From a virus (Duplodnaviria > Caudoviricetes): DNA of 42,879 bases. The position numbers and the translations under genes are program-made. Under the pieces are notes generated by a model. That model worked only from the letters and a program-made list of their open reading frames with translations. It was not told the origin of the DNA and made no database searches. The DNA lies in the IMG/VR virus record IMGVR_UViG_3300032225_001776, positions 1 through 42,879 of that record. One strand, 5' to 3'. Below, piece by piece: positions 19,476 to 29,042 of the stretch; position 1 is the first letter of the stretch; the number at the start of each line of letters is the position of its first letter.

Positions 19476-22400
19476 TTAGAAGCGTCCGACTACCACTTCA
19501 ATTGTACCTTCTGCACCATCAAAGTCTTCCAGTGCTTTACCAATTACTGAACCAACCTTAGGATCAGCTTCGGCTCTAGCGCGGCCTAGTCCGGCGGCAA
19601 CCATTAGGTCACCTTTCTTAACTGGACCAACAACCATACACGGCACACGACCTGTCAATGCTATGGTAGCAACATGAGCCGCTTCCAAACCACTGTTCAT
19701 GGTGTAACTTGGATTGGTAGACACTACACCAGCAACCTTGCGGTCGCCATCTACTGCATCAACTGTAACTTCTGCTGTGCCACCAAATACCACTACAGTG
19801 CCTGGAGCATATTCGGCGTCAGCTGTGTATTTCTCTGCCAAGTCAGCGTATTGTGCGGAAGTTGCTTTGGCAAATACAGTGTTGAAGTAAGTGGTTGATG
19901 ATCCAATGTTACCAACACCGTTGGCATTTGAGTTAACAATATTACCGCCGGTGATTGTACCGGTGCCAACTGTTATGTTGCCGGCTAAACTTAAACCACT
20001 GGCACTGCTGAATGTAGCTATAGCAGTAGGAGTTATAGAACTTGTAGCTGTTGTATAAACTACCACGTTGGTGGCACGGCTGGTATCTGTGAAGTTTTCT
20101 GCAGCCACAATGTCTACACGACCAGTTGAACTATTTCCAAACTGTAAGTTTCCGTTACTGAATCCACGTCCGGTAAACTGAGCAATGGTGTCGCCTGACT
20201 GTGTCTGTGTAGGACTGGCCGCTGTGCCTCTGGCTGCACGTCCAGTAAACGCCACGTATGCGCCTGTACCAAATGTGTCTTGAACAATACGAGTTTGTGT
20301 GGCATCTCCACCGGTAACGTGTATGTCTGTTCCCAGAGCCGTACTGTTACCAGTTACTGGATAACTTACAGGTTGTGATATTCCTACAATTACCAGTCTA
20401 CTGTCAGGAGAAGTTATGCCACCTATACTTATGTTGCCACTTGTGCTGGTAATAATGTTACCGGTAGCACTAATAATACCACCGGTCAAGATGTTACCAC
20501 CAGTAATGTTACCAGCCACACTGCTTGATGTTGTTGCGCCGGCCAACACAGTTTGTCCACCTGCTGGGTTGGTCATTACAATGGCTGTGGCGTTGGCACT
20601 GATCTGAGCATTGCCCAAGTAGATTGTGCTGTTGCTCAAGTATAAATCTTTCCAACGCTGTGTTGCGCTACCTAAGTTGTAAGTAACGTTGCTCAACGGT
20701 AAAATGTTAGCATTGGCAATCATGTCTGTTCTAGTAAACAGAGTCATGGCGTCATTGCTACCTACGTCAATGTTTACGTTGCCATTGACCACTGGTATTT
20801 GAACAGCACTGTTACCATTTTGAATCTGGTTAGTGGCCACGTTACCAAGAATAGTAGCATTACCTGTTACGTTCAAATCACCTACCACGTTGGCTGAACC
20901 AGTTATGGTAACAATGTTGGTAGTGTCACTGACTCCAACTGAAGCATTACCACTTACGTTTTGCAAACTCAACAAGGTTGTAGTTGTGGTCAATGCACGA
21001 ACGTCAATCAAGTCGCCTGTGGCTGGAGCTTCTGTAAATGTCAATGTCACTCCGCTCACACTGTAAGCTGAACTTGGAATCTGCAACACACCGTTAATAC
21101 TAACAATAGTTGAAGCTGTGGTTGAACTATTGGCCAAAGTAAATGCGGTGTTAGATCCATCACCATTGAACTGTTGATCAGTGATCACAGTAAAGATAGT
21201 AGAACCTACACCTTGCCACTGAGTATTGTTGTAGACTTCTAAACTGTTACTGGTGCTGTTGAAACGCAACATACCAGTGACGCCTGTACCAGGTCGCTGA
21301 GTTTGACTACCAGTTGGAAGCAAGATTGAAGTAGTAGAGTTAAATGCTACAAGGGCATTGGTAGTCTGTGTGCTTGATCCAAAGCTGGCTGAGTTTGTGG
21401 TTGCATTGACAAAGAACACGTTGGCACCAGTTCCACTTACACTGAAGTTTGTGTTGGCACCGGCACCGTTGACAGCAATAGTGCCGCCGGGATTGACCAT
21501 GTTAACGCTGTTACCAGTCAATACAATGTTTCCGCCTTGAACGTTGCCACCGTTGATGTTGCCAGTTGCACTAATTAATCCACCTGTTAGGATGTTACCA
21601 CCAGTGATGTTGGCAGTGGCACTAATCAAACCACCAGTTAAGACGTTGCCACCAGTGACGTTGCCACTAAGGCTGGCACTGGTTCCGGTGATCACACCAC
21701 CCACTGTTGAGGCGGCAGTCACTGTGCCAGTTACACTAGCACTTGATCCAGTGATCACACCACCCACTGTTGAGGCGGCAGTCACTGTGCCAGTTACACT
21801 AGCACTTGATCCAGTGATCACACCACCCACTGTTGATGCAGCTGTTTGTGTGCCTGTTACACTGGTACTTGTTCCAGTGATCACTCCGCCGGCCACTGAT
21901 GCTGCTGTTACACCGCCAGTTACTGATGCACTCGATCCAGTGATCACACCACCCACTGTTGAAGCGGCAGTCACTGTGCCAGTGACGCTTAAACTTGTAC
22001 CAGTTGCAGCACCAATGTTAGGTGTTGTTAAATTAGCACCAGCTTTGACAATCACATTACCAGTGCCATCAAATGCTGTGGTACTGTTGTCAACTCTGAC
22101 GCTGATTAATGTGTTGGCAATAGAAATACCATTGCCGGCATCATAAACTTGACTTTGACTGAACTGACTGAATTGAATGTTGCTGGTACCAAAGGTAATT
22201 GCGCCATTTGGTGCGCTGACAATCCAGGCTGAACCTTCGTTGATGTTACCACCTTGTACGAAGAAGTAGTCGTTTAGACTCAACTGTTCTGTGCTGTTTG
22301 GACCGTATTCGTCTGTGTCTGTGGTACGCACAATGTTTGTGGCATTGGCCCAGAAGTAAACACCGTTGAATACTGCATTGGCTTCGTCTTTGACCAAGAT

Positions 22401-23873
22401 ACGTGCATTTGCACTTTGAATGTTGGCACCGTCAACCAACAAGAACGTTCCTGTTGTGGTTAACTTAGCACCAACACCGTTGGCCGCACCGTTGGGTTGA
22501 GTATAGGTAATGGTACCACCTGTGGCCACAGCCATGGTAGTGGTTGAGGCTGCGTTGACTGCTTGGTGATATGCAATTTGTGTTGACACCAAGTTGTCGA
22601 CATAGATCTTGCTGGCCGCATCGTTGTCTTGAACCGGTTGGTTTAAACCGTTGATGTATTTGCTGTTCAATACTATGTTACCACTTGGGTTAAGAGTTAT
22701 GTTACCAGCACCAGTTGATACTGTAAGACCAGTTGTGCCAACCACGCTTGGAGTTGAAACCAGGCCTGAGGTGACTATGTTACCGCCAGTGACGTTGGCT
22801 GTGGCACTTACAATACCACCAGTTAGGACGTTGCCACCAGTGACGTTGGCAGTGGCACTTACCAAACCACCTGTTAGGATGTTACCGTGTGTGGCGTTGC
22901 CCGTGCTGCTCATAATGCCACCGGTTAGAATGTTGGCACCAGTTATGTTACCACCTGCACTGGCAGTTCCACCAGTGGCCAAATTACCACCTGTTACGGT
23001 AGCTGTAGCACTTACCAAGCCACCGGTTAGGATATTGCCACCAGTTACGTTACCGCTGGCACTCAATGTTGCAAGATTTATGCCACCACCAGTGGTACCG
23101 TCAGTTGCAGTAACAGACAATGTGTTAGGAGTACCAGGAGGCTGTTGTAACTGAACGTTGCCCATGTAAATGGTGTTGCCAGCCAAATACAAACTCTTCC
23201 ATTGAGCAGTTGCACTACCCAAATTGTATATTACGTTGGCTGTAGGAATAATGTTGCCGGTTGCACTTACGTTTGCAGCAAAGATATCACCAGTTGCTGA
23301 AATCAATCCACCAGTTAAAAGGTTACCACCGGTGATGTTGGCAGTGGCAGATACTTGTCCTGCTGTGCGTAGGTTACCACCTGTGATGTTGGCTGTAGCG
23401 TTGACAGCGCCAATCAAGTTACCAACCAAACTTGTAGTACCTTCATGAGTGGTATTACCACTGTGCAAGTTGGCATAGGTGCTGAGTGTAAATGTTGTGT
23501 TGGAGACTGTGGTGCTACTGAGGGCTGTAACGAATTCTTTTTGGCTTTCTTTCCAGGCCAAAACAGCCGATTGTTGAGTACCGCGCAGACCGATGGTACC
23601 AATGTCCAGTGTAGGAGTACCAGTTGTTTGTCCGTCTGCCAGAGTGATCAACGGATCTTGAATTAAAGTGTTAACTGTGTCAACGCTGGTTGTATTACCT
23701 TGAACTGTCAAGTTACCTGTAATAGTAAAATCACTAGCATAGGTCAAATTGTTAGCAAGTCGAGTAGCAGTAATCGAGTACGGCTGTATTTTTGTACCAG
23801 CGTTGATACCAACTATGGTATTACCGCTTGCGGCGTCAGTTACTTGATTATTATTAATTCTAGTTACGGCCAT
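19476..23873 (-). CDS. Long mosaic tail fibre (1465 aa) with C-terminal chaperone-like domain
   Basis: GNITGGN and 21-aa repeats; DAASK.YVD and P.G...QRP..G.LRFN modules; C-terminal AQYADLAE...IGKALE...VGRF; GGAG RBS. Confidence 0.78.
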   Translation of the reverse strand: MAVTRINNNQVTDAASGNTIVGINAGTKIQPYSITATRLANNLTYASDFTITGNLTVQGNTTSVDTVNTLIQDPLITLADGQTTGTPTLDIGTIGLRGTQQSAVLAWKESQKEFVTALSSTTVSNTTFTLSTYANLHSGNTTHEGTTSLVGNLIGAVNATANITGGNLRTAGQVSATANITGGNLLTGGLISATGDIFAANVSATGNIIPTANVIYNLGSATAQWKSLYLAGNTIYMGNVQLQQPPGTPNTLSVTATDGTTGGGINLATLSASGNVTGGNILTGGLVSATATVTGGNLATGGTASAGGNITGANILTGGIMSSTGNATHGNILTGGLVSATANVTGGNVLTGGIVSATANVTGGNIVTSGLVSTPSVVGTTGLTVSTGAGNITLNPSGNIVLNSKYINGLNQPVQDNDAASKIYVDNLVSTQIAYHQAVNAASTTTMAVATGGTITYTQPNGAANGVGAKLTTTGTFLLVDGANIQSANARILVKDEANAVFNGVYFWANATNIVRTTDTDEYGPNSTEQLSLNDYFFVQGGNINEGSAWIVSAPNGAITFGTSNIQFSQFSQSQVYDAGNGISIANTLISVRVDNSTTAFDGTGNVIVKAGANLTTPNIGAATGTSLSVTGTVTAASTVGGVITGSSASVTGGVTAASVAGGVITGTSTSVTGTQTAASTVGGVITGSSASVTGTVTAASTVGGVITGSSASVTGTVTAASTVGGVITGTSASLSGNVTGGNVLTGGLISATANITGGNILTGGLISATGNINGGNVQGGNIVLTGNSVNMVNPGGTIAVNGAGANTNFSVSGTGANVFFVNATTNSASFGSSTQTTNALVAFNSTTSILLPTGSQTQRPGTGVTGMLRFNSTSNSLEVYNNTQWQGVGSTIFTVITDQQFNGDGSNTAFTLANSSTTASTIVSINGVLQIPSSAYSVSGVTLTFTEAPATGDLIDVRALTTTTTLLSLQNVSGNASVGVSDTTNIVTITGSANVVGDLNVTGNATILGNVATNQIQNGNSAVQIPVVNGNVNIDVGSNDAMTLFTRTDMIANANILPLSNVTYNLGSATQRWKDLYLSNSTIYLGNAQISANATAIVMTNPAGGQTVLAGATTSSSVAGNITGGNILTGGIISATGNIITSTSGNISIGGITSPDSRLVIVGISQPVSYPVTGNSTALGTDIHVTGGDATQTRIVQDTFGTGAYVAFTGRAARGTAASPTQTQSGDTIAQFTGRGFSNGNLQFGNSSTGRVDIVAAENFTDTSRATNVVVYTTATSSITPTAIATFSSASGLSLAGNITVGTGTITGGNIVNSNANGVGNIGSSTTYFNTVFAKATSAQYADLAEKYTADAEYAPGTVVVFGGTAEVTVDAVDGDRKVAGVVSTNPSYTMNSGLEAAHVATIALTGRVPCMVVGPVKKGDLMVAAGLGRARAEADPKVGSVIGKALEDFDGAEGTIEVVVGRF
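21685..21990. repeat. 63-bp (21-aa) intragenic tandem repeat, 5 copies
   Basis: GTGATCAC starts at 21688, 21751, 21814, 21877 and 21940; unit SVTGTVTAASTVGGVITGSSA. Confidence 0.9.
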
Positions 23874-24104
23874 TTTTCATCTCCAGTTGGCTTCTTCTTA
23901 CCACACATTCACTGCATTTGCAGTGAAATTATAAACTTTTCCGGTGTTAAACATCGTTAAACACGGGGTATACTTTATTTACCACGGCCGTGAGAAAACG
24001 GTTCTCTGTGTCTATTATTCACTGTAGAGTTAATACGAGTCGAGAACTATGTGGGGGTTATAAATTGTAGAATAACAATTGGTTGAACTTTTATTTATCT
24101 CGTA

Positions 24105-25346
24105 TCACAAGAATCTGACGTCTATAACATCGCCTGTTTGCGGTGCTTCTGTAAACACCAAATTGGTACTAGGACTAGGTGTCATAGCATAGGACTGATC
24201 AGGAATTTGCGTAATACCATTCAGCATGACCAGGGCCGCTGCGGTGGTTGTGCTACGATTTAGGGTAAATGAGGTAGCAGTTCCGTTGCCATTGAGTGTT
24301 TGATTAGTCACACCGGCAACTATAGTGTCCCATTCAGTACCATCATACACTTCTACTCGAGTGCTGTCTGTGTTGAATCTGATAGTGCCTGTGGTACCTG
24401 GGCTTGGACGTTGGACAGTATTGCCCACTGGAATAACCAGGCCAGTTGTGGTGTTTATGGTAACCAGGCCAGTTCCAGTAGGCTGTAATGTAATGGTTGA
24501 ATTGGCCGACGTTGCTACAATTGTGGTATTGGCAATGGTTAAATTACCACTGGTAATGTTGCCTGTGGCACTGATCAAGCCACCTGTTAAGACATTGCCG
24601 CCAGTTACATTTGCAGAAGCACTGATGTTGCCAGGGGCACTCAAGTTACCGCTTGTGTCAAAGGTCCAAAGACTTACATTGTTTGAAACATCCACAGTCT
24701 GTATATACGCAGCCGTTTCATTTACATAAAATGCGTTCTTGCCGTCGCTGCTTACCAGATCAGCATTTTGTCCCAATGCAGGTGTGAGTATCAATGGTTG
24801 ACCAGGCTGACTTGTAACAATTCCTTTGGTTACAATGTTGCCACCAGTTACATTTCCTGTAACGGTTGCTAACCCACCAGTAATTAAATTACCACCGGTT
24901 ACATTGCCCGCTACTACAGCAGCTCCAGATACATTGACGTTGGCTATGTTGGCTGTGGCATTGACTGTGAGCAGATTGGCCGCAGTGCTGAATGTAAAAT
25001 TAGCGTTGGCTCCAAATTGACTGTTGTTGTTGAACTGAATTTGGGTATTGGATCCTGCAGGCTCTTGCAAGTCCCATGGTGTGCCGTTGGCGTAGCACAG
25101 GTGATCTGTTAACACATTACCGCCGGCTATGTTGCCAATGGTACTGATGTTGCCTACTGTTACATTGCCTACAATGTTGGCAGTGTTGGCTCTAAGATTG
25201 TTGGCGCGAATGTTGCCGTTGACATCTAGTGCTACTGTAGGAGAGTTTGTGTTGATTCCAACATTGGCGTTGGCAATGGCTATATCAATGCCGTCTCTTT
25301 CGAGAACACCCGATAAGATTTGCCCTTTTACGTAGTTAACTGCCAT
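24105..25346 (-). CDS. Fibre/baseplate-associated structural protein (413 aa)
   Basis: Shares the AGSNTQIQFN, GNITGGN, P.G....RP..G.IRFN and NG..Q.P...F.EAP modules with neighbouring fibres. Confidence 0.7.
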   Translation of the reverse strand: MAVNYVKGQILSGVLERDGIDIAIANANVGINTNSPTVALDVNGNIRANNLRANTANIVGNVTVGNISTIGNIAGGNVLTDHLCYANGTPWDLQEPAGSNTQIQFNNNSQFGANANFTFSTAANLLTVNATANIANVNVSGAAVVAGNVTGGNLITGGLATVTGNVTGGNIVTKGIVTSQPGQPLILTPALGQNADLVSSDGKNAFYVNETAAYIQTVDVSNNVSLWTFDTSGNLSAPGNISASANVTGGNVLTGGLISATGNITSGNLTIANTTIVATSANSTITLQPTGTGLVTINTTTGLVIPVGNTVQRPSPGTTGTIRFNTDSTRVEVYDGTEWDTIVAGVTNQTLNGNGTATSFTLNRSTTTAAALVMLNGITQIPDQSYAMTPSPSTNLVFTEAPQTGDVIDVRFL

Positions 25347-25376
25347 AGATTATCCCTGTATAGGATATTTAGCCGA

Positions 25377-25775
25377 TTAGCTAGAGGTATGAATTACATT
25401 AATTGGCACTGTGTTTGGTGGTGCCGATGTGAATGTAATGTCGTAACCACCATTGACTGTGTAACTTGTAGCTGGATCTTGATAGATTGATCCTACAAAC
25501 ACTATGATATTTTGTGTTGAACTTTCGTCTACGCTCATGGTAAACACTGTTTGCGTTCCGTTGCCAACAAAGTCATCTACTGTGTAACTGATACTGCCAC
25601 CTGCACTGAGTGAGTTCCAAACTGTTCCATTGAAAAATTCTACCAGGCCCAGATCAGTATTGTATCTGATCATGCCAAATGTAGGATATTCTGGACGTGT
25701 TACCGAAGATCCTGTGGGCAAGACTACACCGGTGCTACCGCTTTGCAGTCGTCTATTTTTTACAAAAATTCCCAT
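25377..25775 (-). CDS. Small structural protein with fibre modules
   Basis: LPTG...RP....GMIRYN module plus a G.GTQT.F...FTSAP module. Confidence 0.65.
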   Translation of the reverse strand: MGIFVKNRRLQSGSTGVVLPTGSSVTRPEYPTFGMIRYNTDLGLVEFFNGTVWNSLSAGGSISYTVDDFVGNGTQTVFTMSVDESSTQNIIVFVGSIYQDPATSYTVNGGYDITFTSAPPNTVPINVIHTSS

Positions 25776-26089
25776 TAGACTGTGGTATAGCTGGTTACAA
25801 TATTAAGATGACTATTAGAATTAGCCACTGCTTGTATACTGTCAGCGTTGCCTAACAATATTTTTTCAGCCGCACCGTAGAGTTGATAAGTTTCAAACCC
25901 TGTCATCTCTATATTGGTCAAGATTAAATTTTGACTATTGGCCGAAGCTCCTGCAGGCACAGCATACACGTTGGCTGTGACTGTGTTGGCTGTGTAGTTG
26001 TTTATTACCAATGAAGTAATAGCAGTATTGCCACCACTGACGTATGCGTTACTGACTGAATTGGTTACTAATACTGTTGTTATTGACAT
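25775..26089 (-). CDS. Small beta-rich structural protein
   Basis: 104-aa ORF with AAGGA RBS; TAATG coupling to the next gene. Confidence 0.6.
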   Translation of the reverse strand: MSITTVLVTNSVSNAYVSGGNTAITSLVINNYTANTVTANVYAVPAGASANSQNLILTNIEMTGFETYQLYGAAEKILLGNADSIQAVANSNSHLNIVTSYTTV

Positions 26090-26098
26090 TGTTGTTCC

Positions 26099-26701
26099 TT
26101 AAAATATAATTGCAAATACGATAGCTTTGCTTTTGCTGACCAGCTCGTCGTTGGCAGAGGTTGACGTAAAATATAGACCAGTTCCGCCAGATCCGGTAAC
26201 ATTGCTGTATAAAGCCACAGCATTGGCCACATTGGCCGGAGTAGCTGTATTGCCCAAGACTTGATATCCCAACATGGTCAACTTGTTATTGCCGTAATCA
26301 AATGTCAAGTTGGCACTGGCTCCAAACACTCCGCTTTGATTGAACTGTATCTGTGTGTTGGCGCCGGCTACTGATCCTGCTCCGCCACTGGCTAAGTTTT
26401 GATAAGCAGCGATAGGTTGCCCGTTACCATACACACTGCTACTAATTTGCCAAGCATTTGCACTGATATCAAAGCGCAATCCTGCATACGCAACATTGGC
26501 AACTTTGGTTGCCACTAGTCCCATGTCTTGAACAGTGCCGGTGTTGTTGGCCGCTACAATAATAAATGCGTCATTAACAGCAATATCACTGACGTAGGTA
26601 ATGTTACCAGCAACGTCCAAGTTACCGTCAATATAAATTGTGCCTTGTCCGCTGTCTACGGTAATGTACCAGTCACTGCTAATATTCTTATAGGTTGCCA
26701 T
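26099..26701 (-). CDS. Virion structural protein (200 aa)
   Basis: GNL.V.GN and AGANTQIQFN modules; late promoter and AAGGA RBS. Confidence 0.65.
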   Translation of the reverse strand: MATYKNISSDWYITVDSGQGTIYIDGNLDVAGNITYVSDIAVNDAFIIVAANNTGTVQDMGLVATKVANVAYAGLRFDISANAWQISSSVYGNGQPIAAYQNLASGGAGSVAGANTQIQFNQSGVFGASANLTFDYGNNKLTMLGYQVLGNTATPANVANAVALYSNVTGSGGTGLYFTSTSANDELVSKSKAIVFAIIF

Positions 26702-26749
26702 TTACAGATCCTTTTTGTTATTTATGCGGTATACAACGGCAATTGTCAT

Positions 26750-26779
26750 AAAAAAGCCCCACCGAAGCAGGGCTTTTTT
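26750..26779 (-). terminator. Intrinsic terminator
   Basis: GCCCTGC-TTCG-GTGGGGC stem with a cUUCGg loop and U6 tail. Confidence 0.88.
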
Positions 26780-26793
26780 GGATACTACGCGAA

Positions 26794-27747
26794 TTACGAA
26801 GTGTAATTCTGAACTAGTGCCAAGGTAAGATCACCTGTGCCATTTGTCCAAGTTGCAATATCTGCACCAGATTTAGCAGTGGTTGAAACAGCTTCGCTAA
26901 ATGTAAGGCCGCGTGTGTTACCAGCCGCAGTAACAATGTTGGCAGCACCTTCTGAAGCGGCCAACTGGAATGTTGTTGTTCCGTTGGTATTAACGATGTA
27001 ATAAACTGTTGGATCAACATAACCGGTAATTGTAGCATTACCAGTGAATGTTCCGCTGACATTGATAATTTGACCGTTTGCAAAAGTTGTAGCGTCTGAA
27101 GTGAACCAACCTGCAGTATTAGCAACAGCTACGTTACCAAGTACGACAGCGGTGGTTTCACCAGCCACAAAGAAGTTAACAGCATAACGAGCAGGAGGAG
27201 TTGAATTATCCCAAATATACTTGTTAGTCAAACGAGTAGCATAAGTTTGGCCGCCATTGGCAGTAAATATCATATTCATTTCGCCGCTGTTGATTGTGGT
27301 GTTGGCAATCAATTGACATTGACCTGCATCGCTAGCAGTACCTGTTCCAGAACCTGCACCAGTGGCTGTAAACACAGCGCCAACTGCTGGTGTAATAGGA
27401 CCGCCGATTGCTGTCCAATCGGTATCGCCTAATGACAAAATTTGATAGCTGTAGCCGGGTGTGAAGCTTCCTGCATTGACACTGTTTTCGCCGGATACCA
27501 AATACTTTGTGGTACCTTTTTGTGTGATAATGTAGGCTGCACCTTGTTGACCGTTGACGTTGGCTGTAATTTTAACTACTGGATAATCAGCAGTAGCAAT
27601 GCTAGTATTAGCACCACCAACTACACCCAAGAATTCTGTGCTGGTCATTCCAACTGGAATAACTGCTGTGCCTGGATCTAAGTTACCAAAGTCATTGAAA
27701 CCAATGTCAATGGTGGTAGATTTTTTAATTTTAAGTGGACGACCCAT
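26794..27747 (-). CDS. Probable abundant virion protein (MGRPLK N-terminus)
   Basis: Monocistronic unit with late promoter, AAGGAG RBS and intrinsic terminator; rich in Thr/Ala/Gly. Confidence 0.65.
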   Translation of the reverse strand: MGRPLKIKKSTTIDIGFNDFGNLDPGTAVIPVGMTSTEFLGVVGGANTSIATADYPVVKITANVNGQQGAAYIITQKGTTKYLVSGENSVNAGSFTPGYSYQILSLGDTDWTAIGGPITPAVGAVFTATGAGSGTGTASDAGQCQLIANTTINSGEMNMIFTANGGQTYATRLTNKYIWDNSTPPARYAVNFFVAGETTAVVLGNVAVANTAGWFTSDATTFANGQIINVSGTFTGNATITGYVDPTVYYIVNTNGTTTFQLAASEGAANIVTAAGNTRGLTFSEAVSTTAKSGADIATWTNGTGDLTLALVQNYTS

Positions 27748-27830
27748 TTTGTTTTCTCCTTAAAGAAGTCCTATGTGGGTTCTAGCCCACTACGCAGGGG
27801 GTTAAAGCCTGCATAAAACGCATGATTACG

Positions 27831-27859
27831 TTGACAAGTATTTATGGCCAATATATATT
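27831..27859 (+). promoter_or_regulatory. sigma70-type promoter for the TPR-glycosyltransferase
   Basis: TTGACA-17-TATATT; its spacer contains the divergent late promoter core (27839-27844). Confidence 0.55.
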
Positions 27860-27893
27860 TTACAGGTGTTGCTGTAGAGCATTAAATATGATC

Positions 27894-29039
27894 ATGGATA
27901 TAGAACATTTAATAGCGCAAGGCAACACTGCCAGAGAAGAAAACAACCCCGAGCTGGCATTAAAATGCTATGCTCAGGCTCTGACTGAAGATCGAAATTC
28001 GGCATCAGCATTCAACAACTACGGAAACGTATTAAGAGAATCAGGCGATCCTTTGGGTGCTATTCCGTTCCTGCAACGGAGTATACAGTTGGCACCTGAA
28101 CACCCAACAGCACAATTCAATTTGGCTGTGGCCTATCTATTAGCCGGCGATTATGCTCGCGGATGGCCACAATACGAAACACGCTGGAATTACGAACACC
28201 TAGCAGGTGCGTTGCCAAACTACTCACAGCCTAGATGGACCGGTCAAGACATCCGAGACAAAACTGTTTTGGTAATAGGTGAGCAAGGACACGGCGATAA
28301 CATACAATTTATTCGATTCATTGGCGACATTATTGATCGTGGTGCCCGGGTAATATTGACATTGAATTCAAGTCTGCGTCCGTTGATTCTCAGCCCTTCA
28401 ATTCCTACAATTTTAGTCGACGGTGATCCACTGCCTGAATTTGACTACTGGATTCCAATTATGAGTATTCCCGGAGTAATTGGGTCAACAGTTGAAAATA
28501 TTGCCAGTGTGCAATTCTATCTGACTGCGGATACTCCATTACAAAAAGAATGGCAAACCGTATTGGGTCCTAAAAATCGCTTGCGTATAGGATTTTGTTG
28601 GTCAGGACGTAGAGACACTTGGATCAATCGTCACAAAGGCATGCCGTTTGAAACCATGCTGGAACTAATCAAACGCAATCCTAATTACGAGTGGGTCAAC
28701 TTACAGTGTGACTGCACCGCAGAAGAAGAAGCTGAACTGGTAGCCAACGGTGTCAAGGCTTATCCGGGTGCTATAAAGAATTTTGCTGACTCAGCTGCGT
28801 TGCTTATGCACATGGATGTGGTGCTTAGTGTAGATACTGCTGTGGCCCATTTGGCCGGAGCACTAGGTCGACCTGTATGGGTTATGCTGAGTCAATATGC
28901 CCTGGATTGGCGCTGGTTGCTTAATCGTGACTCAAGCCCGTGGTATTCAACTGCTAGGTTGTTCCGTCAACCTACTATGGGCGATTGGTCAAGTGTGACT
29001 GACAAGATACACAAATTTCTAAGCTGGTACAAGATTTAA
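27894..29039 (+). CDS. TPR-repeat glycosyltransferase (GT9-like / GT-B fold)
   Basis: About three TPRs (A..NYGNVL, A.FNLA...L); EQG.GD.IQF.RF, D.V.SVDTAVAHLAGALGRP, DWRW and SPWY...RLFRQ motifs. Start is 27888 or 27894 (track start 27822). Confidence 0.85.
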   Translation: MDIEHLIAQGNTAREENNPELALKCYAQALTEDRNSASAFNNYGNVLRESGDPLGAIPFLQRSIQLAPEHPTAQFNLAVAYLLAGDYARGWPQYETRWNYEHLAGALPNYSQPRWTGQDIRDKTVLVIGEQGHGDNIQFIRFIGDIIDRGARVILTLNSSLRPLILSPSIPTILVDGDPLPEFDYWIPIMSIPGVIGSTVENIASVQFYLTADTPLQKEWQTVLGPKNRLRIGFCWSGRRDTWINRHKGMPFETMLELIKRNPNYEWVNLQCDCTAEEEAELVANGVKAYPGAIKNFADSAALLMHMDVVLSVDTAVAHLAGALGRPVWVMLSQYALDWRWLLNRDSSPWYSTARLFRQPTMGDWSSVTDKIHKFLSWYKI

Positions 29040-29042
29040 TTG

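Noticed and set aside
13941-20400. Diversity-generating retroelement (Mtd_N-like fibre plus a near-duplicated segment)
   Set aside because: No reverse transcriptase in the window; both copies are coding and differ largely at synonymous positions, not specifically at adenines.
21685-21990. CRISPR-like periodic array
   Set aside because: Whole 63-bp units repeat in frame within a CDS; there are no unique spacers and no cas genes.
14557-25335. Many plus-strand ORFs rich in MLPPV/PVALT, including 21544-22146 and 22651-23154
   Set aside because: Antisense shadows of the repetitive GNITGGN-coding fibre genes; no RBS or promoter support.
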